NCBI RefSeq assembly: GCF_000009045.1
Contig: NC_000964.3
Coordinates: forward strand, 3,900,001-3,932,000
Length of the DNA stretch: 32,000 bases
Origin: Bacillus subtilis subsp. subtilis str. 168
GTDB taxonomy: Bacteria > Bacillota > Bacilli > Bacillales > Bacillaceae
Direction: 5' to 3'
Numbering within the stretch: the first letter of the stretch is position 1; each line of letters starts with the position of its first letter. A program made the position numbers and the translations under genes. Below the pieces are notes generated by a model, which worked only from the letters and a program-made list of their open reading frames with translations, was not told the origin of the DNA and did no database searches. Below are positions 1 to 7,843 of this stretch, piece after piece.

Positions 1-488
1 ATAAAAATGACGTTTGGCACCATTGAGATCAGAATCGTATGTAGAACAAGCTTTTCTCCGCGTTTTCCAAACTCCTTCACGCCTTGATACCCAATCAGCA
101 CCCAGTAGATCATATATGCAGCTAAGATCAGCCAAACAGAAACAGAAATGCCTTTCCATACTGCTTGAACAAACGGTGATTCAAGCCATACATGCATTAT
201 TGTAATCGCAATGCCGACAGCGAATAGGGCACTGTTACAGAAAAGATGGAACATCAAAAACGCACGAAACGTTACTGGCTGTATTTTCTTAAACGAAGAA
301 ACAATGTCAGTTGGTGTTCCAAACGCCTGCAATAAAGTCTGCATAGCTTCCTCCTCACTCTTTCCTTCCTGAAAAGAGCGAAACAGATGATGTTCAATAT
401 GGCTCTCAATCTCTTCTATCATCGCCTCACCCTCAGGAAGCCCTTTAAGCCCGCTTTTGATTTCGGATACATATGTTTCTTTATCCAT
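1..488 (-). CDS. Partial membrane protein with N-terminal HAAS/DUF1700-like domain (C-terminus runs off the window)
   Basis: My minus-strand translation from ATG at 488: [36 protein letters not shown]... followed by hydrophobic segments, open to the window edge. ATG overlaps the end of the PadR gene, a typical PadR/HAAS pair. Not in the ORF track because it has no stop in the window. Confidence 0.8.
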
Positions 489-819
489 TTTGTCCGCTCC
501 ACTTCAGTATTCGGTCCATCATGGCTGAAAATACGCTCCATTCCTTCGTGCGTTCCGCCAGCACTTCTTTGCCCTCGTCTGTAATCCGGTAATATTTGCG
601 GTCCGGTCCTTTCTCCTGCTTCTCCCAGTAGGAAGAAATATACCCTTGGCGTTCAAGCTTGTGAAGAGAAGGATACAAGGTCCCTTCTTTCATCTGCAGT
701 TCATTTCCGCTGCGGCTTCCCATTTCTTTTACAAGCTCATAGCCGTACATCGGCCGCTCGTTCAGAAGCGTCAATACCAATATAACCGTGCTTCCCTTAA
801 CCAGCTCACGATTTAACAT
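481..819 (-). CDS. PadR family transcriptional regulator
   Basis: 112 aa with typical PadR winged-helix motifs ([18 protein letters not shown]...[19 protein letters not shown]...[17 protein letters not shown]). RBS-like AGGGG upstream. Confidence 0.9.
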
Positions 820-962
820 CTCAAAACCCCTACCTAGTTTTCTTATGTAGCATTTTACGAAAGCCCGTTGAGATTGTCAAATGATTCCTATAGATCTTCT
901 ATATTGTGATACAGAGAAAATCTAACTATAATGAAAGACAAAACATGATGGAGGTTCAAGAC

Positions 963-1778
963 ATGTCTATGCATAAAGCACTCACCATTGCCGGCTCAGA
1001 TTCCAGCGGCGGTGCTGGGATTCAAGCTGATTTAAAAACATTTCAAGAAAAAAACGTATACGGGATGACCGCCTTAACGGTGATCGTTGCGATGGACCCA
1101 AACAACAGCTGGAACCATCAGGTATTCCCGATCGATACTGATACAATCCGCGCCCAGCTTGCAACAATTACGGACGGCATCGGCGTGGACGCCATGAAAA
1201 CAGGAATGCTGCCAACCGTTGACATTATCGAGCTTGCGGCAAAAACGATCAAAGAAAAACAATTAAAAAATGTGGTAATTGACCCGGTTATGGTTTGCAA
1301 AGGTGCTAATGAAGTCCTTTATCCGGAGCACGCCCAAGCCCTGCGTGAGCAATTGGCTCCGCTAGCCACTGTCATTACGCCAAACTTGTTTGAAGCCAGC
1401 CAGCTCAGCGGCATGGATGAACTAAAAACAGTTGACGATATGATCGAAGCCGCGAAAAAAATTCACGCACTCGGCGCTCAATATGTCGTCATTACAGGCG
1501 GAGGCAAACTCAAACACGAGAAAGCCGTTGATGTTCTCTATGACGGAGAAACAGCGGAAGTCCTTGAAAGCGAAATGATCGATACGCCTTATACACATGG
1601 CGCAGGCTGTACATTCTCAGCAGCCGTGACAGCGGAGCTTGCCAAAGGTGCGGAAGTCAAAGAAGCCATTTACGCAGCGAAAGAATTCATCACAGCGGCC
1701 ATTAAAGAATCCTTCCCGCTAAACCAGTATGTTGGTCCTACGAAGCATTCTGCACTGCGCCTGAATCAACAATCATAA
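963..1778 (+). CDS. pdxK: Pyridoxine/pyridoxal/HMP kinase (ThiD-like)
   Basis: HALTIAGSDSSGGAGIQADLKTF ThiD/PdxK signature; GTHGAGCTFSAAVTA-like motif (PYTHGAGCTFSAAV). GGAGG at 951 region supports ATG at 963 (271 aa) rather than the track start at 906. Confidence 0.93.
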   Translation: MSMHKALTIAGSDSSGGAGIQADLKTFQEKNVYGMTALTVIVAMDPNNSWNHQVFPIDTDTIRAQLATITDGIGVDAMKTGMLPTVDIIELAAKTIKEKQLKNVVIDPVMVCKGANEVLYPEHAQALREQLAPLATVITPNLFEASQLSGMDELKTVDDMIEAAKKIHALGAQYVVITGGGKLKHEKAVDVLYDGETAEVLESEMIDTPYTHGAGCTFSAAVTAELAKGAEVKEAIYAAKEFITAAIKESFPLNQYVGPTKHSALRLNQQS

Positions 1779-1814
1779 AAAAAGGGGCTGCCTTACAGAG
1801 AGGCAGCCCTTTTT
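1778..1814. terminator. Bidirectional rho-independent terminator between pdxK and ywdA
   Basis: AAAAAAAGGGGCTGCC-TTACAGAGA-GGCAGCCCTTTTT: GC-rich stem with A-tract on the left and T-tract on the right. Confidence 0.85.
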
Positions 1815-1867
1815 AAATCACCGAAGACTTTTCACAGAAAAAACTGCCGATCCCATCGGCAGCCTGT

Positions 1868-2116
1868 TTATTTGATTTTTAAATTGTTTGCAGATTTCCT
1901 CAAAAATGTTTCTATCGACTGAACAAAAAGTGCATATTCCTTCATTTGTTCATATGCCCGCGTGAGAATTTCCGCCGTTTCACTGTGCGGCGTTGTTCCG
2001 CCAAGCATTTTTTTCAGCTGAAGCAGCACATCCTTATATTCTTCTCGCTTATCTTCAACTTGGTTAGCAGCCTTTTCCAAACATTCCGGTGTTATCTTCT
2101 GTTCATGTATATTCAA
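1868..2116 (-). CDS. ywdA: Small protein of unknown function YwdA
   Basis: TTG start at 2116 preceded by AAGGAG gives 82 aa (MNIHEQKITPECLEKAANQVEDKREEYKDV...). The track start at 2188 lacks support. Confidence 0.75.
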   Translation of the reverse strand: MNIHEQKITPECLEKAANQVEDKREEYKDVLLQLKKMLGGTTPHSETAEILTRAYEQMKEYALFVQSIETFLRKSANNLKIK

Positions 2117-2209
2117 GAAAACAACTCCTTTTACAGAAAAAAATAGTAGGTTATCGTTGAAGAATAGCACAGATGGCTCAGATTTCACATAAGAAAATAG
2201 AAGGATTTT

Positions 2210-3649
2210 CTACATAAGTGTCCAAATTCCGACATTCATTTCAGATTTCCCGGTCGCACTGGCTGTTACTTCATGATTTCCCGGGAAAGGAAAATATCTT
2301 GCACTCAAGACCTCTTCTCCGTTATTGATAAAGATTTCCACAGATGACGCGTCGAGAAACATGTGTACGGTATGCAAATCCTTGATGCGGCAATGTCTCG
2401 CTTCTGTTCTTTTTCCGTCAAAGCTCTTTCGTTCCAGCGTAACAATCCCCTCGTCTTTATGGAAGGAAAACGTAGCCGTTCCGCGGATACTGATTGAAAA
2501 GCCAGACTCCGTATGAATGTCTTCCAGTAGAATCTCAGTTCTTTCAGGTTTTTCCACTGGAAGCGCACCAGATGATCCATGCATGTTGATGTGTATTTTT
2601 TTCTCATTTCTGCGCATGGCTTTTAGCTCAGGCAGCGGCTGCTGAATCAGCTTCTGTCCTGAAAGCGTCAGCTGTCTCGGCAGCGTCATGCAGTGAATCC
2701 AGTGGCAGTCAATGGTCGGATGGGACCCTTCATCCTGATCAGGCACCGCCATCCATGCAAATAAAATCCGCCTTCCCTGATCGTCTTCAAGTGTTTGCGG
2801 CGCGTAAAAATCAAAACCTTGATCAAGCTCCGTAAATTCACCATGCTTCAGTTCAGGCTTGTTATAATCGAGGCGGCCGACAAAATAACCTGATTGATAT
2901 ACGTTCTGATAACGGAAACCGTCAGCCTCAAGCCCTTGAGGCGAAACAATCAGCACATCCGATCCTTGAAGGGAAAACAAATCAGGGCATTCCCACATGT
3001 ATCCAAAATCGTCCAGCCCGTTGAAGCCCGCGCCGGTTATCGGGCCAAGAAATCTCCACTCTGTCAGGTTATCAGAAGCAAACAACACAGCCTGCCCTTT
3101 CAAATTCTCTGTTTGCGCACCAATCACCATATACCATGTGCCTTCATGCTCCCATACCTTCGGATCGCGAAAATGCGCCGTATATCCTTCCGGAAGGCGG
3201 GCGACGACACCCTTTTTCTCAAAGGACAGCCCGTCGTCAGAAACAGCAAGGCATTGATACGTTTCCCGATTTCCATCCTGATCCCTGACATTTCCTGTGT
3301 AAAAAAGATAGAGCCGATCGTCTTTCGTGACAGCGCTGCCCGAGTAGCAGCCGTTTTTATCAAACCAATCACTCGGAGCCAGCGCAATCTCTTCCCGCTT
3401 CCAATTCACAACATCCTGTGTCGTATAATGCCCCCAAAATTTTGCGCCGTGCCCCGTCTGAAACGGCTGCCACTGAAAGAATACATGATAGCTGCCCTTC
3501 CAATAAATCACGCCATTCGGGTCATTCAGCAGCCCAACCGGCGGCATGATATGAAAATGCTGGCGGTGCGGATCGCTGTTAGCGATGGGCTCTTTTTTCT
3601 CCACTTCTTCATAAGCCCGGCGACGAAGCTCCTGGTCATGTGCTGTCAT
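2210..3649 (-). CDS. sacA: Sucrose-6-phosphate hydrolase (GH32)
   Basis: 479 aa with GH32 motifs HIMPPVGLLNDPNGV, FRDPKV, WECPD. Downstream of and overlapping sacP. Confidence 0.96.
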   Translation of the reverse strand: MTAHDQELRRRAYEEVEKKEPIANSDPHRQHFHIMPPVGLLNDPNGVIYWKGSYHVFFQWQPFQTGHGAKFWGHYTTQDVVNWKREEIALAPSDWFDKNGCYSGSAVTKDDRLYLFYTGNVRDQDGNRETYQCLAVSDDGLSFEKKGVVARLPEGYTAHFRDPKVWEHEGTWYMVIGAQTENLKGQAVLFASDNLTEWRFLGPITGAGFNGLDDFGYMWECPDLFSLQGSDVLIVSPQGLEADGFRYQNVYQSGYFVGRLDYNKPELKHGEFTELDQGFDFYAPQTLEDDQGRRILFAWMAVPDQDEGSHPTIDCHWIHCMTLPRQLTLSGQKLIQQPLPELKAMRRNEKKIHINMHGSSGALPVEKPERTEILLEDIHTESGFSISIRGTATFSFHKDEGIVTLERKSFDGKRTEARHCRIKDLHTVHMFLDASSVEIFINNGEEVLSARYFPFPGNHEVTASATGKSEMNVGIWTLM

Positions 3650-5031
3650 TTTTTCCTCTCCTCATCCTCATTAATCTTCATGACAAATGCTGCAATGAAC
3701 GCTGACACTGCCGCAATCGCCATGCCAATCAGATAGTGAATCAAGTTGCTGAAGCCAAACGGAGCCGCAATGGCGATCATCGGAATTCCCGTTAACCCGT
3801 AAGCGTTTGCAGCTACATGTGTAAAGACGACATATGCCCCACCCAATGCGCCTCCGATCATCGCGGCGATAAACGGTTTTCGGTAGCGCAGATTGACTCC
3901 GAATATGACGGGCTCAGTAATGCCGAGAAAAGCGGAAAATGCTGCCGGAAGCGCGATTTCTTTTGTCTTTGCCTTTTTCGCCATAAAGAAGACGGCAAGA
4001 CCTGCCCCGCCCTGTGCGACATTCGCCATTGACCAGATCGGCAGCAAGTAGTTTTTGCCTATATCTGCAATTAGCCCTGCCTCAATCGCATGGAAGCTGT
4101 GATGAACGCCTGTCAGCACGATGAGTGAATACGTGCCCCCGAAAATCAGACCTGCGACAAAACCGGCATGGTCATATACATAAGTTAAAGCAACCGTAAT
4201 GCCGGAGCCAAGCGCTCTGCCTAGAGGGCCAATCGCGATAAAAGCAACAAACCCGGTGACAATCACAGTAACAAATGGTGTAACAAGCAAATCCACCGCA
4301 TGTGGAACCACTTTTCTCGTCCATTTCTCTACCTTGCTCATCACATACACCGCAAGCAGGACAGGGATAACAGTTCCCTGGTAGCCGAGAAGAGCGATAT
4401 CAAATCCGAAAAGATGCATGTAATCAGGTGTCGCTTCCGCCAATCCCCATGGATTTAAAAGATTCGGATGAATCATGATTCCCCCGATGACCGCTCCCAA
4501 GTATGGATTGCTGCCAAACTCTTTTGAAGCGCTGACCCCGATTAGAATCGGCAAGAAAATGAATGCTGCACTTGAAAACATATCAAGCAGCTGCAAAAGC
4601 GCAGAATCCTTGCTCATCCAATGAAACGCATTGATCATACCCAGCAATCCCATTAATAGGCCGCTGGCTACAATAGCTGGGATGATTGGAACAAAAATAT
4701 TAGAAAGCGTTTTCGCAAATCTCGCAGCGGGATTCAGCTTTTCTTTTGCCGCATCCTGATGATTGACGTGTTCTTCACGCTCGATATCAGCTTCTTTAGA
4801 AAAGGCATCGAATACTTTATTCACAAGGCCTGTTCCGAAAATGATCTGGTACTGGCCAGAGCTGCTGAAAGCCCCTTTAACGCCATCAAGCTCTTCTACT
4901 TGTGCTTGATCTATCTTTGATTCATCTTTCATCACTAAACGCAGTCTTGTTGCACAATGAGCCGCGCTGATAATATTTTCTTTCCCTCCGAGAAGCTCAA
5001 TGAGGCGTTTTGCAGTCTCTTTGTAATCCAT
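3646..5031 (-). CDS. sacP: PTS sucrose-specific EIIBC component
   Basis: 461 aa; EIIB N-terminus LIELLGGKENIISAAHCATRLRLV and EIIC permease region with GVHHSFHAIEAGL. 4-nt overlap with sacA. Confidence 0.96.
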   Translation of the reverse strand: MDYKETAKRLIELLGGKENIISAAHCATRLRLVMKDESKIDQAQVEELDGVKGAFSSSGQYQIIFGTGLVNKVFDAFSKEADIEREEHVNHQDAAKEKLNPAARFAKTLSNIFVPIIPAIVASGLLMGLLGMINAFHWMSKDSALLQLLDMFSSAAFIFLPILIGVSASKEFGSNPYLGAVIGGIMIHPNLLNPWGLAEATPDYMHLFGFDIALLGYQGTVIPVLLAVYVMSKVEKWTRKVVPHAVDLLVTPFVTVIVTGFVAFIAIGPLGRALGSGITVALTYVYDHAGFVAGLIFGGTYSLIVLTGVHHSFHAIEAGLIADIGKNYLLPIWSMANVAQGGAGLAVFFMAKKAKTKEIALPAAFSAFLGITEPVIFGVNLRYRKPFIAAMIGGALGGAYVVFTHVAANAYGLTGIPMIAIAAPFGFSNLIHYLIGMAIAAVSAFIAAFVMKINEDEERKK

Positions 5032-5056
5032 CTATTTCTCCCCCTTTTATTTAAAC

Positions 5057-5127
5057 AAAAAAGACCTAAAATTCGCCAACGAATAAAGGACACAGCGATC
5101 CTTTTTCATTTACGCAAATTTTAGGTC
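5057..5127 (-). terminator. Conditional terminator in the sacPA leader
   Basis: Minus strand: GACCTAAAATT...AATTTTAGGTC (5127-5117 with 5073-5063), followed by T6 (5062-5057), about 30 nt upstream of sacP. Confidence 0.85.
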
Positions 5128-5152
5128 TTGCCTGCTTTACCAGTCACAATCC
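5118..5152 (-). promoter_or_regulatory. Ribonucleic antiterminator (RAT) target for SacT/SacY-type antiterminators
   Basis: Minus strand GGATTGTGACTGGTAAAGCAGGCAAGACCTAAAAT, overlapping the 5' arm of the terminator. Closely resembles the known sac RAT sequence. Confidence 0.85.
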
Positions 5153-5267
5153 CGCTTATTCAGATTAAGAATACGCTTTCATCATAAATCATGATAGCGT
5201 TTTCGTCAACTATTTTTTTAGTTAAATAGTTTGATATAACATGTAGACAAAAATTCGTAAAAATTAA

Positions 5268-5285
5268 TTGTGAAATACTTCACAA
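5268..5285. promoter_or_regulatory. Rex-type operator upstream of ywcJ
   Basis: Perfect inverted repeat TTGTGAA-ATAC-TTCACAA (extends to ATTGTGAA...TTCACAAT, 5267-5286), just upstream of an extended -10 TGCTATACT (5291-5299). Confidence 0.8.
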
Positions 5286-5332
5286 TATCGTGCTATACTA
5301 TGCTCAATCATGAAAGAAAGCAGGAAAAGACA

Positions 5333-6103
5333 ATGGAAACTCAAGCATTACAAAAGGTTGAACAGTATGCTTTGAAAAAACAAAACATATTCGCTTCAAG
5401 CAAAATCCGTTATGTGCTTCGGTCCATTTTGGCCAGTATATTTATTGGTTTTGGCATTACAGCCGCAAGCAAAACAGGCAGCTATTTCTTTATGGCTGAT
5501 TCTCCGTTTGCCTTTCCGGCAGCCGCTGTCACTTTCGGGGCCGCTATTCTGATGATTGCTTACGGAGGCGGAGATTTATTTACCGGCAACACCTTTTATT
5601 TCACCTATACCGCGCTCCGGAAAAAAATCAGCTGGCGCGACACCCTATACTTGTGGATGTCAAGCTATGCCGGCAATTTAATCGGCGCCATTCTGTTTGC
5701 CATCCTGATCAGCGCGACGGGACTTTTTGAGGAGCCTTCTGTTCATTCCTTTTTGATTCATTTGGCAGAGCACAAAATGGAGCCGCCGGCTTCCGAATTG
5801 TTTTTCAGAGGAATGCTGTGCAATTGGCTTGTGTGCCTCGCCTTTTTCATTCCAATGTCTCTCAAAGGGGAAGGAGCAAAGCTTTTTACCATGATGCTTT
5901 TCGTTTTCTGCTTCTTTATTTCCGGCTTTGAACACAGCATTGCCAATATGTGCACATTCGCCATCTCGCTTTTGATCGAGCACCCTGATACAGTGACACT
6001 GATGGGAGCAGTCAGAAACTTAATCCCCGTTACGCTCGGCAATCTGACCGCGGGAATAGTTATGATGGGCTGGATGTACTACACACTGAATCCTGATCAA
6101 TAA
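5333..6103 (+). CDS. ywcJ: Formate/nitrite transporter family protein
   Basis: FNT-like membrane protein (FIGFGITAASKTG..., GGGDLFTGNTFYFT..., NWLVCLAFF, GFEHSIANM, NLIPVTLGNLTAGIV). AGGAAAAG RBS supports ATG at 5333 (256 aa). Confidence 0.93.
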   Translation: METQALQKVEQYALKKQNIFASSKIRYVLRSILASIFIGFGITAASKTGSYFFMADSPFAFPAAAVTFGAAILMIAYGGGDLFTGNTFYFTYTALRKKISWRDTLYLWMSSYAGNLIGAILFAILISATGLFEEPSVHSFLIHLAEHKMEPPASELFFRGMLCNWLVCLAFFIPMSLKGEGAKLFTMMLFVFCFFISGFEHSIANMCTFAISLLIEHPDTVTLMGAVRNLIPVTLGNLTAGIVMMGWMYYTLNPDQ

Positions 6104-6141
6104 AAAAACTTCCAGAGATCACTCCCTGCAAGTCAAAGCGG

Positions 6142-6972
6142 TTATTCCGAGAGATCTTGAAGACGCTGGACATGCAGCGTGATATAGCCGGCCTCGGATT
6201 CCGGCAAATGTAATTGATATTCATTTTTCAAAAACTCCGCCAGCTCCAGCGCACATTGATAGGCGAATGAATACTTTTTTTGGATGAAATAAAGCATCTC
6301 CTCGTCCATACGATGGAGCGCTTCATTTGATTCCAACCGGCTGACCGCGTATCGCAAATGCGTGACAAGGCGTTGATAGGAAATGCTGTTTTCATCCACC
6401 TTTCGATTAAAGTATTGTTTTATTTTCTCTATCATTTCTTTGATCATGGTCGTATGCTTCAGCGCTGAATACATGCTCTCCGCATCCATCTTCGCCGTAT
6501 GGATGTGAAGGGCAATATAACCCGCTTCATCTTCAGGCAGAGACACGCCCAATGTCTCTTTTACATGTCCGATCGCCCACAGGCCGATCTCATATTCTTT
6601 TTTATAGAGCGCCTTTATCTCATGCAGCAATTTATTCTGCACAAGCAGCCCATTTTGAATCCTTTCGATCGCAAAGGACAAATGGTCGGAAAGCGCGATA
6701 TGAATGTGATCGCTCAGCGGCGCCGCGAGCTCTCCTTCCGCATAGCTGATGATATCCTCAGCTATTTCTATATGCTCCTCCGGCAGTGTTTGCAGGATTT
6801 GTTTGAACTTTTCATTCTCGTCGCGCACGACAAAGATCTTTTCCACTTTATTCATAGGGATGAGATCATTTTTCTTTTTTTGAAAAGCGATTCCCGGTCC
6901 CATCACGATTTTTTCCTGATCATCCTCTTTTATTAAAGCCGCATTGTTGTTTAATACTTTATAGATTTTCAA
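6142..6972 (-). CDS. sacT: SacT, BglG/SacY family transcriptional antiterminator (RNA-binding domain plus two PRDs)
   Basis: 276 aa; CAT domain [36 protein letters not shown], then PRD motifs ([16 protein letters not shown]; [13 protein letters not shown]). Confidence 0.95.
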
Positions 6973-7011
6973 GAGGTTATCTCTCCCGCCAATTTGCTTT
7001 TGACTGGGATT

Positions 7012-7314
7012 TTACCTCCTTTTGACCGCCATGTAAAGATGCGGGCCCGCTCTCTCCTGCTTTGGCGATTCCTTGAAGGCTTGCAAACATCTTCTTTTAT
7101 AAAGCGCGGCGGCTTTCGCTTTCTGCTTTTCTTCCTCATTCACAGCCATCCGCCATTCATAAAACGAAACGAGTCCTGCGGCCTGCACAGCCGCCTTTCT
7201 TTGGTATGTACGCTGAGCCGAATAGACCGCGGCAGCCGCAGTTTTTCTGTCCGGCGTCACCCAGTTCATCAAAAAGACCATCCACACCCGTAAAGATACA
7301 AGCAAACGTTTCAT
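7012..7314 (-). CDS. ywcI: Small basic, Ala/Lys/Arg-rich protein YwcI
   Basis: GAGGGATGTTTTTCTATG gives a 100-aa protein (MKRLLVSLRVWMVFLMNW...). The track start at 7479 is unsupported. Confidence 0.7.
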   Translation of the reverse strand: MKRLLVSLRVWMVFLMNWVTPDRKTAAAAVYSAQRTYQRKAAVQAAGLVSFYEWRMAVNEEEKQKAKAAALYKRRCLQAFKESPKQERAGPHLYMAVKRR

Positions 7315-7568
7315 AGAAAAACATCCCTCCGCTTCTTTTTGGCAGGCAGCCTTTTTAGCAGCCCGTTTTCTCAGCCGCAGCCCGCAAGAAAAGACGGCCG
7401 ATTTCTTTTCTCGCAAACTAGCGGCTCTAGCAAAACTCATGACTCTATGATAGACCGTGGAAAGAGAATTCTTTGTCACAATATGAGTGAAAAAACCAAC
7501 TAGTTTTTAGAAGTTTTGTTGAAAGCTGAAAGAATTGAAATGAAAATTGGAGAACCGCTTTGAAAACT

Positions 7569-7737
7569 TTATACACAAGTTATCCCAAAGATAAGAACAA
7601 CTTAATCACAAGAGATATCCACATGTCCACAAACTCTATCTATATTTTGTATACGAACGTATATTCCTAACTATATATATACACAGGTTTATTCACTTAT
7701 ACACAGGGTTCTGTGTATAACTCCTTCGTTATACACA
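7569..7737. promoter_or_regulatory. DnaA-box cluster upstream of vpr
   Basis: Exact TTATACACA at 7569-7577(+), 7697-7705(+), 7712-7720(-), 7729-7737(+). Single-mismatch forms ATATCCACA 7615-7623, ATATACACA 7677-7685, TTATTCACT 7689-7697. AT-rich. Confidence 0.8.
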
Positions 7738-7843
7738 AACAAAATCCAATAAATGGTCCAAATGACACAAGGATTTTTTTGAATTTTCAAGAAATATATA
7801 CTAGATCTTTCACATTTTTTCTAAATACAAAGGGGGAAACACA

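Noticed and set aside
2894-3736. 280-aa plus-strand ORF opposite sacA/sacP
   Set aside because: Antisense to strongly supported sacA; rich in His/Arg/Ile with no family signature or RBS; typical shadow ORF.
5063-5127. Widely spaced GACCTAAAATT/AATTTTAGGTC repeat considered as a mobile-element end pair
   Set aside because: Fully explained by the sac-type RAT/terminator leader.
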